A DNA stretch of 61,910 bases from Desulfurococcales archaeon (GCA_021163115.1 JAGGXK010000099.1:1-61910), one strand, 5' to 3'. Positions 1 to 10,601 are shown, counted from the stretch's first letter. Program-made: numbers and translations. The notes: generated by a model from the sequence alone, not told the origin.

Positions 1-2
1 CA

Positions 3-416
3 GTTATTCGCTCAGCACTAGAGGCTGCTTTCGGTGATCCAAGGTTTCCTCCCCTACAACTTAGTGAAATATCTAATGTAACTTTCGAAGTAGCTGTCCT
101 ATCTGTACCAACGAAATATAATGTTGACAATAGATGGGAACTACCCAGTAAAATAGTTATTGGAAAACATGGACTTGTTGCTAAGAAAGGGTTTTTCCAA
201 GGAACACTATTGCCCCAAGTACCAGTAGAGTATTGTTGGGATGAAGAAACTTTTCTTGCAGAAACATGTATAAAAGCAGGACTTGAACCGAGTTGTTGGC
301 TTGATGAGGCTACGGAGATAATGTATTATGAGGGAAGGGTATTTCGGGAGGTAAAGCCTTATGGTGATATTGAAGAACGTGATCTACATGCAGAATATAT
401 TAAGAAATGTAGGTAA
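3..416 (+). CDS. AMMECR1 domain protein, C-terminal part (5' end lies outside the window)
   Basis: The frame is open from the window edge and reads [18 protein letters not shown]...[11 protein letters not shown]. Track ORF 210..416 is its tail. The DPRFPP and LLPQV motifs fit the AMMECR1 core as I recall it. Confidence 0.75.
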   Translation, partial: VIRSALEAAFGDPRFPPLQLSEISNVTFEVAVLSVPTKYNVDNRWELPSKIVIGKHGLVAKKGFFQGTLLPQVPVEYCWDEETFLAETCIKAGLEPSCWLDEATEIMYYEGRVFREVKPYGDIEERDLHAEYIKKCR

Positions 417-543
417 TAGCTAAGTTAGATCGCCGCAGATACAGAATGCTTCATGTATTAGATAGTATAGCTCCTCCATCCCTATACTCTTCTTTACTGA
501 TACGGTTACTGGCCTTAAGGCGTGCTTTGTGGTTGCCCGTGTT

Positions 544-1773
544 TTATATTTTGGAAATTATGAGTATTTTAGATACTTGTATGGGCTTCCCCTTCATCCC
601 TTCTTGGGTCTGCATCTGGTTAGGGGCTTTCGGGGCTTCCACGAAACCACGGAGCCCCACATCTCGGGTTAAGGACTTAAGACCTCTAAGAGCTAGATTC
701 CATGAAGCAACAATATCTCTAGTAACAACATGTCCGTTGGGCAGTTTAACCCATCTATAGTTGATGAATGCTAATTTACCACTAATAGGTGATGTCCTAG
801 AGGTTTCTCTGGGATTAACGTAAACCACGTCTAGTCCTTCTATCAATGCTTTGTAGTATATGAACGACTGTATCCTACGGTAAGTCCATAGCGATAGCTT
901 CTTATTGAATCTCTTTGAACCATTAGCCCTGCTCTTGAGCATGTTTAAGTTTTCTAAAACTATTACAGCATTGTATTTCCTTGCTATCTCCACTATTCTC
1001 CTAGAGATGTAATGACATGAGTCATTTAGGATGTTTCTTGCTCTTTCACCGTGCTTTCTAACGGCTCCCCTTATCCCTTTAACATACCTCCATTTCCTAG
1101 AGTATCTCCTCTGTATCTTTTCAGCAATTATTTTATGCGATAATGCTCTCTTCAAACCATTAAACGGTATAGTACCCATTGCTATGAGTTCACCACTCAT
1201 ATTTACTATTGTGAAGGTTATATTGGTAAAGTTTGTGTCTACTCCCATAATTGTTCTAGGTTGTTTAAGTACTACTTCTTTCTCGAAAGCGAAGTAAACC
1301 CATACTTCATTGTCTCTACAGCTTACTAGTATCTCTTTGAGCTTCCATGAGCTATTAAAATACTTGTCTAGGTAGCTGTACCATAGTAGGTTCAGCTTTA
1401 CCCATTCTCCATTGAGTACTGCTATACTCAATACCCTGCTTTTTACATCTAGCTTATAGTCTTGGTAATCCAGTCTGGCTGTTAGCTTTCTGAGAACTGG
1501 TCTACTCCCATTATTTCCCTTAGTGGCTTTAACTACTTCCCTAGCCCTCCTCTCAATCTTATGGCAATGATGTGCCCTAAAGCCCTGTTCTCTCAGTAGT
1601 TTGTAGAATCTATGGTGTAGTTCCTTCAATGAAGGTATATGGTTTAGCTTCCATATTTCATTAACTACATACTGAGTCCAGTCTCGATATGCTCTGAGAA
1701 ACTGAAGTAACTTACAAAGAGAGCTAGGGTCGGGGGTAACCGCTTTGACTTTAGCGGTTACTAAGACCCTCAT
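544..1773 (-). CDS. tnpB: TnpB / IS605 OrfB-family RNA-guided endonuclease-like protein
   Basis: 409 aa. Candidate RuvC residues are D in IMGVDTNF, E in VIVLENLN and D in VVTRDIVASWNLA. The overall OrfB_IS605-like layout is present. Confidence 0.85.
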   Translation of the reverse strand: MRVLVTAKVKAVTPDPSSLCKLLQFLRAYRDWTQYVVNEIWKLNHIPSLKELHHRFYKLLREQGFRAHHCHKIERRAREVVKATKGNNGSRPVLRKLTARLDYQDYKLDVKSRVLSIAVLNGEWVKLNLLWYSYLDKYFNSSWKLKEILVSCRDNEVWVYFAFEKEVVLKQPRTIMGVDTNFTNITFTIVNMSGELIAMGTIPFNGLKRALSHKIIAEKIQRRYSRKWRYVKGIRGAVRKHGERARNILNDSCHYISRRIVEIARKYNAVIVLENLNMLKSRANGSKRFNKKLSLWTYRRIQSFIYYKALIEGLDVVYVNPRETSRTSPISGKLAFINYRWVKLPNGHVVTRDIVASWNLALRGLKSLTRDVGLRGFVEAPKAPNQMQTQEGMKGKPIQVSKILIISKI

Positions 1774-1850
1774 CCCCTAGTCCTCAAAATAGTAGTATAT
1801 GTGAGACATGCTTCTAAGTTTTAGTCTCAAATTAGTGTATTGGTGGGAGA

Positions 1851-2015
1851 ATGAGCTATGTGTATTGTTTTGAAGCAAAGATTATGAAGTATGGTGGTGG
1901 AAGATACATTATATACCCACCTAAAGAATATCAAGAAAAACTCAAGCAATTTCATGGGAGAAGAGTAAAAGTCATAGTAATAATAGAGCCGAACAAAGTT
2001 TCCAAAATACCATAA
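1851..2015 (+). CDS. small (54 aa) possible transposon-associated DUF2080/AbrB-like protein
   Basis: Hand translation gives MSYVYCFEAKIMKYGGGRYIIYPPKEYQEKLKQFHGRRVKVIVIIEPNKVSKIP. It is below the track's size cut-off. It resembles small archaeal proteins found next to IS605 orfB genes (recollection only). Confidence 0.35.
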   Translation: MSYVYCFEAKIMKYGGGRYIIYPPKEYQEKLKQFHGRRVKVIVIIEPNKVSKIP

Positions 2016-2056
2016 AGTAACCATAATAACTGAAATAACCATAATACCATTAACAA

Positions 2057-2728
2057 TTAAATGGTCTTTATTGCTAAAGCTGCAAGCTCGGGAGCTATAT
2101 CACTTATAATACCTTCTATGCTTTGCTTTTTAATGATCTCTAAAGCTTCTTCAGGGTTCTCTATAATAGTCTTAGCATATAAAAGGTTCCTTGCATGATC
2201 GATCTTATTTATAACTGGTATAGTTGTTATGTTAAGCTTGACTTGGGTTAAAATGCTTAGAAACCATAGCACTAAAGCATCTACATAGTTATTAATAGCT
2301 GATGCATCTATGACAAAGACTCCGATAACATTGCCATACTTTGATAGCCTTTCAAAAAATTGATTACTGCTGGGTCTTAGGATAAACGCCTCCATCTGTC
2401 CTGGTGTATCAACCAGGATCATGTCCCATTCAAAGACGTTTCTAAATGGTTCATGCTTCATGATCTCATCGAGTTTTTCAACTATTAACTCGCCAGCTTT
2501 AATAAAGGCGCCATTAGGTCCAAGCCCATATGTTTTCATCACATCTTGCAATGTATAAATTGTCCTAATATCAAATACTGGAGTATATGGTAAAACACTT
2601 ACTCCCGGGTCAAGGTTTACTCTTGCAATCCTTAGATACAGATTCTCTTCAATCCAGTCACCATATGCTTTGACTAAACTGGTTTTACCAGAACCTGCAG
2701 GACCTATAAATACTACAAACATAGTCAT
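2057..2728 (-). CDS. GPN-loop GTPase
   Basis: P-loop GPAGSGKT, the GPN motif in YGLGPNGA, DTPGQ, and NKID. Confidence 0.85.
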   Translation of the reverse strand: MTMFVVFIGPAGSGKTSLVKAYGDWIEENLYLRIARVNLDPGVSVLPYTPVFDIRTIYTLQDVMKTYGLGPNGAFIKAGELIVEKLDEIMKHEPFRNVFEWDMILVDTPGQMEAFILRPSSNQFFERLSKYGNVIGVFVIDASAINNYVDALVLWFLSILTQVKLNITTIPVINKIDHARNLLYAKTIIENPEEALEIIKKQSIEGIISDIAPELAALAIKTI

Positions 2729-2811
2729 GTCTAGATACCTGTCTCAAAATCATATTATAATCATAACTCTTAGGCTGGCCATTAGTATAAAGTTTATTTG
2801 TTTATGATTCT

Positions 2812-4635
2812 TTATGGAGATGAGATCTTTTTTAATTGTTTATTATACATTTCAACAAGCTCATGGCTTGTTGTGGCATCTTCAGGGTTTTTATCGGGTC
2901 TCCACCGTATAAATCTTGGAAACCTAATTGATATACCTACACCAGGTCTTATTTTATCCATGGCACATGTATGTATTGGTGAAAGGGTAAGTTCAGCCCC
3001 TATAATCTCTGCTACAAGTGCAGGTGTAACCCATGTATCTGGAACCATTTTTGCAACAACCCTAGGATGTTTATGATCTATCATGTATGGCTTTAGCATG
3101 TCAGGAAGCTTACCTAGATCTTCATCTGTAAACCCGCTTCCCACTTTACATACGGTTTCAAATACATCTTTCTCGGGATTATAGGCTGCCATGAGCAGTG
3201 CCCCATAGGTTCCAGCCCTCCTTCCTCTGCCATGAAATGCCCCCACAACTACTAGGTCAACAGTATCAATCATTTCACTCTTATAGTCACGCTTATACTT
3301 AATCCATAGCCATCCCCTGGCTCCTGCCTGGTATATAGCTTGGCCATGCATAGCCTTAACCATAACACCCTCGGCTCCCTCCTCTATTGCTTTAAGGAAG
3401 AACTTTTCAACCTCATCCGGATCATCTGTTATAATGTATTCGGCTATCTTGAATACATCTGATTGACTAATTATCTCCTCAAGCTTCTTCCTCCTATCTA
3501 TAATTGGCTTATTTGTATAGTCTTCCTCATCAGCATATAGTAAGTCGAAGAGAAATACCTTTACAGGATACTCCTTCATGGCTATATGGATATCATGTTT
3601 CCTCTTCCTATGCATTAGCTCCTGGAAGGGCCTTAGCTCACCTGTCTCTGGATCATAGGTTACTATTTCCCCTTCAACAATGGCTTCCTCTGATTTAATG
3701 TGTTTTAATGCATAATCTACTACATCAGGGTACTGTCTAGTAATATTTTCAAGTCTTCTTGAGTATATCAGTACCTGGTTCTTCTTTTTATGGATCTGTG
3801 CCCTTTCTCCATCATATTTATACTCAACAATAGCCTTTCCCCCAACTTTCTTAAGTATCTCAATAGGGCTACTGAGTCTTTCTGCAAGCATTGGTCTAAC
3901 GGGTATACCTACTTCAGGCTTGATATTCTTTATAGCGTTTATTCCCTGGGTAGCTATTATTTTAGCTATATTCCCTAGATCAGCTCTAAGGTTGTAAGCT
4001 CTCTCAATAACTGGTCTTGCATGAGCTCCGCCTCCATAGACTATGGCAAGGGCTTCAAGTATGGTTGCGTCGCCTATGCCTAGTCTAAGTCTTCCTTCAA
4101 TAAATCTAACAATGTATTTTGCCTCCTTAGGAGATGCATCAGTTATGATCCCGGCAAGGAGTTTAAGCTTTATATCTCTACTACCCTCACCAGTTACAAG
4201 AGCTACTCTTGCTAATGTATTATAGACTTTTAGTACAGTAAGTTTTGTAGCAGACTTCTGGGGTATGAAGGCTAGTAATCCTGTTGTGGCTGTTTCTTTC
4301 TTCTTCTTAAGATATTCTGCTGCCTTACCGAGATCTCCTAGTTTCTTATAAAGCATCTCAACTTCTGATTCTCTAGTATTTGTTGCAAGAGCTATTGCTT
4401 TTATCAGCATCTTCTCTCCGATGCCAAGTTCAGGCATGCCCATCCAGTCAGGCCATAGCTTGCCCTGTATAATATATACAACCTTGTCAATGATCTCTGA
4501 CGGGGTCTTCTTTATTAAATCAACAAGATACAGAGTCATCTGAGTCCTAGAAGTAATTGCCTCGATCTTCTCAAATGCATCAGCTATAATACTGAAATCC
4601 ATATCTTTTTGGGGAGATTGTGAGGGAGGAGTCAA
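2812..4635 (-). CDS. lig: ATP-dependent DNA ligase
   Basis: 607 aa. Adenylation motif [10 protein letters not shown] (KxDG) and the typical archaeal/eukaryal ligase length and C-terminal OB region. Confidence 0.95.
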   Translation of the reverse strand: MTPPSQSPQKDMDFSIIADAFEKIEAITSRTQMTLYLVDLIKKTPSEIIDKVVYIIQGKLWPDWMGMPELGIGEKMLIKAIALATNTRESEVEMLYKKLGDLGKAAEYLKKKKETATTGLLAFIPQKSATKLTVLKVYNTLARVALVTGEGSRDIKLKLLAGIITDASPKEAKYIVRFIEGRLRLGIGDATILEALAIVYGGGAHARPVIERAYNLRADLGNIAKIIATQGINAIKNIKPEVGIPVRPMLAERLSSPIEILKKVGGKAIVEYKYDGERAQIHKKKNQVLIYSRRLENITRQYPDVVDYALKHIKSEEAIVEGEIVTYDPETGELRPFQELMHRKRKHDIHIAMKEYPVKVFLFDLLYADEEDYTNKPIIDRRKKLEEIISQSDVFKIAEYIITDDPDEVEKFFLKAIEEGAEGVMVKAMHGQAIYQAGARGWLWIKYKRDYKSEMIDTVDLVVVGAFHGRGRRAGTYGALLMAAYNPEKDVFETVCKVGSGFTDEDLGKLPDMLKPYMIDHKHPRVVAKMVPDTWVTPALVAEIIGAELTLSPIHTCAMDKIRPGVGISIRFPRFIRWRPDKNPEDATTSHELVEMYNKQLKKISSP

Positions 4636-4788
4636 CTACTATATCACCTATGAAAATATGTTCTCCACCTAGATAATCTGTTTAAAGAGCTATTTAAGGG
4701 AGTATACGAAAATATAAAATGCCCGATGAATGCTACCCGGCAAGTAGGAACCCGTTAAGGGGATGTCTTCTCAGTGTTACTCTGAGGG

Positions 4789-5178
4789 TTACTTGTTTAA
4801 CATAATAGTTCTTAGTAATGACTTAACCTCTACAATTAATCTATCATTAATATCACCCTTTACAATAACGCCCTTTATTTTACCACCCGGCTCCTTTAAT
4901 ATGGTATAGTTTTCTCCAGCAATTTCTTCAAGTCTTCTTATAAGATATTCAACTATGATTGGAGAAGGTTTTACTGGTTTTCTATAAATAATGTGTACTC
5001 CATCAACTTGATAGCTTACAACAATATTGTTCCCTGGATAATTACTCTCAGTTTCGCTATGAGACTCTAATAGGTTAATTAAGTATTCTATTATCTCAAG
5101 TTCTTTCCGAAGTTTCTCCTGTCTAGCCTTAAGCCATTGTACAACATCTTCTCTATAAACCAAGGTAGCGTACACCAT
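4789..5178 (-). CDS. hypothetical protein
   Basis: 129-aa ORF with non-repetitive composition fills the gap between neighbouring genes. No motif recognised. Confidence 0.45.
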   Translation of the reverse strand: MVYATLVYREDVVQWLKARQEKLRKELEIIEYLINLLESHSETESNYPGNNIVVSYQVDGVHIIYRKPVKPSPIIVEYLIRRLEEIAGENYTILKEPGGKIKGVIVKGDINDRLIVEVKSLLRTIMLNK

Positions 5179-5260
5179 ATTGTTAAAGTTTAAACATATA
5201 GTTCTTATACAGTAAATTTAGTAGGTAAACTATAAAACCATTGACTAGGGCGAAGAAGTA

Positions 5261-7129
5261 ATGGCTAACTTATCAAAACATATAAGGATTATAAGCTCTG
5301 CTATACTAGTCCTTCTAGTTATATCTCTTAACACAAGCTATACTGTAGAAAATGTTCCATATAGATCAGTCACTCTCGGTACACTAGCTGTTTCAGATAA
5401 TAGTGGAGAAGTAATTAAAGTAGTGATCTCTGTATCACCTGGGTATGGAAAAGTATTTGTACGTGGCAACAATTCTGGTGTAGGAAACGATACAGTGTCA
5501 TCTATAGTATATGCTACATGGCTTGCATCGAGATTTGCAGGCGTAGATCATGACTCCTTTAACTATTATGTCGAGTTTCCCAAGGATATTAAAGTTGCTG
5601 GACTAAGTGCTACCCTATTATTTACACTTGGCTTTATGGTTCTTCTAAGGGGCGATCCTTGGGATGAAAATGCTACCGCGACAGGGTTATTAGCTCCAAA
5701 TGGTGTTATAGGAAATATATCAGGTTTTCCATTAAAGTATAAAGCAGCTATAGAGGAAGGTTATAGAAGAGTTTTAGCTCCTTTTCACCCAGGTTTTAAG
5801 GAGAAATATTATCCTGTTGAAACAATTGTTGAAGCATACGACTATTTTGTTGAAAAACCTTTTATGCCTACATATACTAGGGAGATCGAGGATGTGATAA
5901 CAAATAGATCTACTATTCTCTCTAAAGAGTTCTTTTCATCAGCATGGCGCGAACTCTATGACAAGGCTTTGCGAATTAATGCTAGCATAGCCAAGAGACT
6001 CTCTTCAATAAACTATGAAATAAAAACTGTAGCTTCTAAGTATGCTAGTATAGGAGATAAAAGCATTAGGGAGTCAGCAAAATATATTTCAGAAGAAAAA
6101 TATTACACTGCAGCTAGCCGTGCATTTTATGGGTACTGGAACTTACTATCTGCAGGTATAATGATTGATTTTATGAGTAAAGGAGTGGAGAAAACTCTTG
6201 AAGATATAAGTAACCAGTATCTAAGTAATAGATCCAGCATACTTAAGATCTTTAATTCTTATATGGATGATAGAACCAACTATACTTTATACGAGCTTGA
6301 TTGTATAGTTAATGCCTATGAGCGGTTATTTGAATCTGAAGAATTATACAACAACACCATAGAATATATGAGAAACGTTGTTAATCCCTCTATTCAAGAC
6401 ATTATTAATGCATCACAAAATCTAGCTATAGCCATAGCTAGACTAGATAGCTCCATTCACTGGTTTAACCTAACAAAACATAAGCAGTACTCACCATATC
6501 TTATTACTAAAGACGATATTATAGAGGTTCTTAAACAAGAGATAGGCATATCTCATTCCTTAGCAAGCTATCTTCAATACTATGGGTTTAGAGACATTAA
6601 GGAGTATATGGAGAAGAGACTTGATAAAGTAAAAGTAATGCTTACAAGAAACCCTATAGCTACATTAGCTGAAGTGCTTAGGATAGAAAGGGATCTCAGT
6701 GTAACTCTGTTATCAATACCAGTGTTTACAAGCAATAGTCATACAGTATATAAAATGATCCGTGACGCGATCCTTAGAACAATGATATGGTGTTATATAT
6801 ACTTTGGGACAATAATGCCCTCAGGATCAACTGCTCTAGAGTTCTATGAAACCTCTGAAAATCTAAGCATTTCATCACTTGCCACGGCATTGCTGCATTT
6901 ATTAATATATACAGAGTTTCAAGGACTAAGACAGTATTTCCAAAGCAAAGGCAATGTCCCCGCATCCGTAATATTTAGAGAGGATATGGAATGGAAAATA
7001 GTAGCTGCTGTTACATTAATGGTTGTATCTGCAGCACTATTAGGCTATATCTTTGGCGAATCAGTTGGCGAATCAAAATCTATTATGAAAAAGATAAGTA
7101 TAACGGCCAAGAAACATGAGGAGGAGTAA
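5261..7129 (+). CDS. membrane-anchored protein with Lon (S16)-like protease domain and a long helical C-terminal region
   Basis: N-terminal TM segment. FPKDIKVAGLSAT resembles Lon PKDGPSAG. ISGFPLKYKAAIEEGYRRVLAP resembles Lon GG(L/I)KEKxxAAxxAGxxxVxxP. There is a C-terminal TM segment and no AAA+ motifs. Confidence 0.55.
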   Translation: MANLSKHIRIISSAILVLLVISLNTSYTVENVPYRSVTLGTLAVSDNSGEVIKVVISVSPGYGKVFVRGNNSGVGNDTVSSIVYATWLASRFAGVDHDSFNYYVEFPKDIKVAGLSATLLFTLGFMVLLRGDPWDENATATGLLAPNGVIGNISGFPLKYKAAIEEGYRRVLAPFHPGFKEKYYPVETIVEAYDYFVEKPFMPTYTREIEDVITNRSTILSKEFFSSAWRELYDKALRINASIAKRLSSINYEIKTVASKYASIGDKSIRESAKYISEEKYYTAASRAFYGYWNLLSAGIMIDFMSKGVEKTLEDISNQYLSNRSSILKIFNSYMDDRTNYTLYELDCIVNAYERLFESEELYNNTIEYMRNVVNPSIQDIINASQNLAIAIARLDSSIHWFNLTKHKQYSPYLITKDDIIEVLKQEIGISHSLASYLQYYGFRDIKEYMEKRLDKVKVMLTRNPIATLAEVLRIERDLSVTLLSIPVFTSNSHTVYKMIRDAILRTMIWCYIYFGTIMPSGSTALEFYETSENLSISSLATALLHLLIYTEFQGLRQYFQSKGNVPASVIFREDMEWKIVAAVTLMVVSAALLGYIFGESVGESKSIMKKISITAKKHEEE

Positions 7130-7137
7130 TGGAATCA

Positions 7138-7773
7138 TTATTTAGAAAAATAGTCTAGCAAAGTTCTCTGTTCACCTTTAAAACCTGCTGTCTTTCTTAT
7201 CTTTGATATAAGGTTCCTTATTTGCTCATTAAAGTCTTTCTCAAGTATATTCTTTAGTTTAGGATAATATAGAGCGGCTGCTGGATGATATGTTGCTAAC
7301 AACTTTACTTTAACACCATTAATTTCTGCATCAAAAACCCTCCCATGGAGCGCCTTCATGTTCCTCCATTTTAGTCCTGCTAGAGAAAACAACGTTCTAG
7401 CAGCATGTCTCCCGAGAGCAACAATGATCTTTGGCCTAACAAGATCTATTTCACGCAGAAGATAAGGAATACATGTCTCGATTTCATCCTCTGTGGGATC
7501 CCTATTACCTGGTGGACGGCATTTCACAATATTAGTTATATATACATCCTCTCTTCTATACCCTATTGATTCAATAAGTTGTGTTAAGAGCTTCCCAGCA
7601 GGTCCTACAAAAGGCCTTCCTTGCTCATCTTCTTTAGCTCCGGGGGCTTCTCCTACAAACATAATATCTGAGTCTCTTGATCCCTCTCCTGGTACTGCTT
7701 GTTTTCTAGAAGCGTATAAACCACATTTTCTACAATTCTTTATCTCCTCTATGAGCCTACTCCATTCACCCAC
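7138..7773 (-). CDS. udg: uracil-DNA glycosylase, family 4
   Basis: CRKCGL...VPGEG...MFVGEAPG..ED..GRPFVGPAGKLL and later Cys residues fit the Fe-S family-4 UDG pattern. Confidence 0.9.
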   Translation of the reverse strand: MGEWSRLIEEIKNCRKCGLYASRKQAVPGEGSRDSDIMFVGEAPGAKEDEQGRPFVGPAGKLLTQLIESIGYRREDVYITNIVKCRPPGNRDPTEDEIETCIPYLLREIDLVRPKIIVALGRHAARTLFSLAGLKWRNMKALHGRVFDAEINGVKVKLLATYHPAAALYYPKLKNILEKDFNEQIRNLISKIRKTAGFKGEQRTLLDYFSK

Positions 7774-7998
7774 TATTATCCCCTAGTATAATGCATCTAT
7801 TAGTATTCTGTACAGTATATACTTTAAATACTAAGTAGAGATAAGACTATGTAGGTTCATGTTAAAATACTATAGTAAAAGCGTTATTCTTTAATACCCA
7901 GAACTCTTTATAAACTATTCTTTGTTTGCTGTTATAATAGTAGACTTTACTGCGGTAGTAGAATCGGGGTTAAGTAATAATATTGAGTTGATTCCCTA

Positions 7999-8901
7999 AT
8001 GAATATGGAGTATTTCGACGTCGTAGTTGTTGATACGGGTTATGTAGATATCATAGATTCTGTCGAAAGTTTCACTATAATAAATAATATAGATGATCTT
8101 TATGGGGCCATTGAGTTTTCTGAAAAGGAATATGTTATCATAGTGCCTGATACTGGTTTATGTCTACTCGATAATATATTGTCTATGGTTTCTAAGGAAG
8201 AAAATTTTGATGCATTATTTGTTGTTCTAGAACCTAGAGGTATTTTATCTAAAATTATCTCATTCCCTACAATACCAGTCGTTACGGAAGTTGCAGGTTT
8301 AGAAAATGTTTTTTCTATAGTTTCTAGGAGAGAATTTATGAAGGAGCTTGTGTCCCATAATAAGCTTAGTTCTTTATATAGTAAAGGATATGTTATAGTT
8401 AAACACTATAAGCCACCGTTATCATATTATCTATTACTATTAAGCCTGAGGCTACCTAGGCCCATCGCTATTGCTTTAAGGGAGCCTGAAAGAGTTTTAA
8501 AGTTCGGCCTTGTAGGGCTTACAGGTAGTATAGTTAATATCCTAGTTGTAACATTCTCCGCAGAAATACTTGGTGTCTTGGAAAAGAACCCATTACTGCT
8601 GGCTATTCCCGGGTTTCTCGGTTTCGAGACAAGCCTCACATGGAATTTTATACTCCATGAAATATGGACTTTTAGGGATATGAGGCTTCCAAGGGATATA
8701 TTGAATAGACTTAAAAGATACTTGAAATACCATGTAGCTAGTGCTGCAAGCCTAGTGACACAGGTGACAACAATAACGTTGCTGTCTGGGTTCTTTAAAA
8801 TATATCTGCCATTATCCACAGCAATCGGCATAGTACTAGGGTTTGCGGCAAACTATATGATTGGTAGACTATATACTTGGAGCCCTACAGCTAGTATATA
8901 A
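7999..8901 (+). CDS. GtrA-like membrane protein with N-terminal soluble extension
   Basis: The C-terminal ~130 aa carry 4 TM segments (FGLVGLTGSIVNILV..., WNFILHEIWTF) typical of the GtrA family. The N-terminal 160 aa are uncharacterised. Confidence 0.6.
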   Translation: MNMEYFDVVVVDTGYVDIIDSVESFTIINNIDDLYGAIEFSEKEYVIIVPDTGLCLLDNILSMVSKEENFDALFVVLEPRGILSKIISFPTIPVVTEVAGLENVFSIVSRREFMKELVSHNKLSSLYSKGYVIVKHYKPPLSYYLLLLSLRLPRPIAIALREPERVLKFGLVGLTGSIVNILVVTFSAEILGVLEKNPLLLAIPGFLGFETSLTWNFILHEIWTFRDMRLPRDILNRLKRYLKYHVASAASLVTQVTTITLLSGFFKIYLPLSTAIGIVLGFAANYMIGRLYTWSPTASI

Positions 8902-8923
8902 TTAGGTGTTGGTGTAGCCAACC

Positions 8924-9637
8924 TTGGTTTCGGCTTCAATAATCCTACCAACATATAATGAGAGGGAGAATATATCAGTACTCATACCACAGCTTTCCAA
9001 AATACTTAAAGACAACAATATTGAGTACGAGATAATTGTTGTGGATGACAACAGCCCTGACAGGACCTGGGCTAAAGCCCAGGAACTATCAAGGGATTAC
9101 CCTGTTAGAGTGTTTGTGAGAAAAAAGGAGAGAGGTCTCTCTTCAGCAATAATATACGGTGCCAGGAGGGCTAGATATGAAAATATTGTAGTAATGGATG
9201 CTGATCTTCAGCATCCTCCAGTATACGTACCAGATATTATCCGTAGGCTGGAAAAGGAATGCGAACTTGTTGTTGCATCTAGATATATGGAGGGAGGAGG
9301 CGTTTCTGGCTGGAGTATGTTCAGGTTGTTTGAAAGCAAGGTAGCTCTATGGATAGGGAAGATCCTTTTACCTCCTTTAAGAAAAACAAGTGATCCCATG
9401 AGCGGCTTTTTTGGTGTAAAGAAAAAATATTTATTAAACCCAAGGATAAAGCCACGGGGTTTCAAGTTATTGGTAGAGGTTCTTGTTAAGAATCCTGGGA
9501 TAAAGATATGTGATGTACCCTATGTTTTTAGGAGCAGATTAAAGGGCGAAAGCAAGCTTGGGATCAGAACCATACTAGACTATATCATACAGGTTATTGA
9601 AGGAGCTCTCTATTACATTAAGCAAAAGCTTAAGTAG
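8924..9637 (+). CDS. GT2 dolichyl/polyprenyl-phosphate mannosyltransferase-like
   Basis: IILPTYNEREN, VVDDNSPD, MDADLQHPP and SGFF motifs. TTG start. Confidence 0.85.
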   Translation: MVSASIILPTYNERENISVLIPQLSKILKDNNIEYEIIVVDDNSPDRTWAKAQELSRDYPVRVFVRKKERGLSSAIIYGARRARYENIVVMDADLQHPPVYVPDIIRRLEKECELVVASRYMEGGGVSGWSMFRLFESKVALWIGKILLPPLRKTSDPMSGFFGVKKKYLLNPRIKPRGFKLLVEVLVKNPGIKICDVPYVFRSRLKGESKLGIRTILDYIIQVIEGALYYIKQKLK

Positions 9638-10601
9638 TCATTAATAGTTGTTCAATACCCTTTATCTCCTCCCACGGAACCTTTATCTCCAGCTTTTTAG
9701 CAGCAATAACAAGTGATCCGAGGACGGGCTTATATTTAAGCCTATATACCTTCGCTTTAGGTAAGTTTCTAGCTATTTCTTGTTTAAAAGATTCTTCAAA
9801 TAACCTTGACTTAAATACACCTCCTGTATAATATATCTTTGGACTATACATCCCCGTCTTGATAGATGCAGTAACCGTAGCCCACCCTATTTCACGCCCT
9901 GCCTCTATAATGATCTCTCTAGCTATTTCGTCACCTTTTTCTGCCTCTCTAGCTACATAGGGGGCTAATCCAGCAATCCATTCAACACTAAAGCCTTTGT
10001 TATAGATCTTAAATGATAGCTCCTCTTTATCACAGGCATTAAAGTACTTGAGAACAACTTTTTCCAAGCCTGTTGCTTCTCTTCTTCCATCAAGCATTTT
10101 TACTGCTTCTCTTACAGCATTGAATCCTATCCAGAAGCCGCTTCCCTGGTCGCCGAGAACCCACCCATGATCCCCTACTATAACGCGTTCTTTACCATTC
10201 CATGCATATGCAATACTACCTGTTCCTGCAATAACGGATACTCCAGGTTCACCTAGGCTTCCAGCCATTAATGCTTCATGGGCATCATGTTCTATAACTA
10301 AATACTTACTTATATTCAACCTCCCTATTTTCTCAACGATATATTCTCGATCAAACCTTGTATCAAGGCCAGCTAGTGAAATACATACTGCATCTAGAGA
10401 TACATAGTGTCCTGCATGCTCCATAGCCTTTATTAATGCATCAATAATGTTGATCACAGCCCTATCTAAACCAACATTATGGAAGTTGCTTGGACCTGAA
10501 ATGCCGTGTCCAACTATCTCCATGGAGTCCGTATCAAGTATGACTGCCTCAGTCTTTGTACCTCCTCCATCTATACCAGCAATTAATGCCATGGTAGACA
10601 C
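9630..10601 (-). CDS. BadF/BadG/BcrA/BcrD-type ATPase (N-acetylglucosamine kinase-like)
   Basis: GIDGGGTKTE phosphate-1 motif and an ASKHA-fold pattern (GTGS, GDQGSG). Confidence 0.8.
   Translation of the reverse strand: MSTMALIAGIDGGGTKTEAVILDTDSMEIVGHGISGPSNFHNVGLDRAVINIIDALIKAMEHAGHYVSLDAVCISLAGLDTRFDREYIVEKIGRLNISKYLVIEHDAHEALMAGSLGEPGVSVIAGTGSIAYAWNGKERVIVGDHGWVLGDQGSGFWIGFNAVREAVKMLDGRREATGLEKVVLKYFNACDKEELSFKIYNKGFSVEWIAGLAPYVAREAEKGDEIAREIIIEAGREIGWATVTASIKTGMYSPKIYYTGGVFKSRLFEESFKQEIARNLPKAKVYRLKYKPVLGSLVIAAKKLEIKVPWEEIKGIEQLLMTT

Larger units (their letters stand above)
417..2056 (-). mobile_element. IS200/IS605-family, tnpB-only (IS1341-like) element; ends not mapped
   Basis: The whole interval between the stops of two housekeeping genes (416 and 2057) holds a TnpB/OrfB ORF plus hairpin-containing flanks. 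No Y1 tnpA ORF is visible. Confidence 0.5.

Noticed and set aside
446-760. 104-aa plus-strand ORF, plus many similar track ORFs antisense to long genes (for example 1031-1297, 2798-3076, 8427-8831, 15770-16066, 38128-38460, 48721-49128, 56091-56525).
   Set aside because: Each lies entirely within, or mostly opposite, a long ORF with clear family motifs. Their translations are low-complexity, Ser/Leu/Ile-rich, shadow-like sequences. I treat them as antisense artefacts.
1827-2042. 71-aa minus-strand ORF upstream of tnpB.
   Set aside because: The translation is Tyr/Phe-rich and nonsense-like. The opposite-strand 54-aa ORF (1851-2015) gives a more protein-like sequence, so I preferred that one, itself with low confidence.
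4723-4785. Box C/D-like arrangement (CCGAUGA ... CUGA) in the lig-downstream spacer.
   Set aside because: No acceptable D' box follows the 12-nt spacer. The C'-like box GGGAUGU is poor. The C'-to-D spacing is 15 nt and the D'-C' gap is 14 nt.
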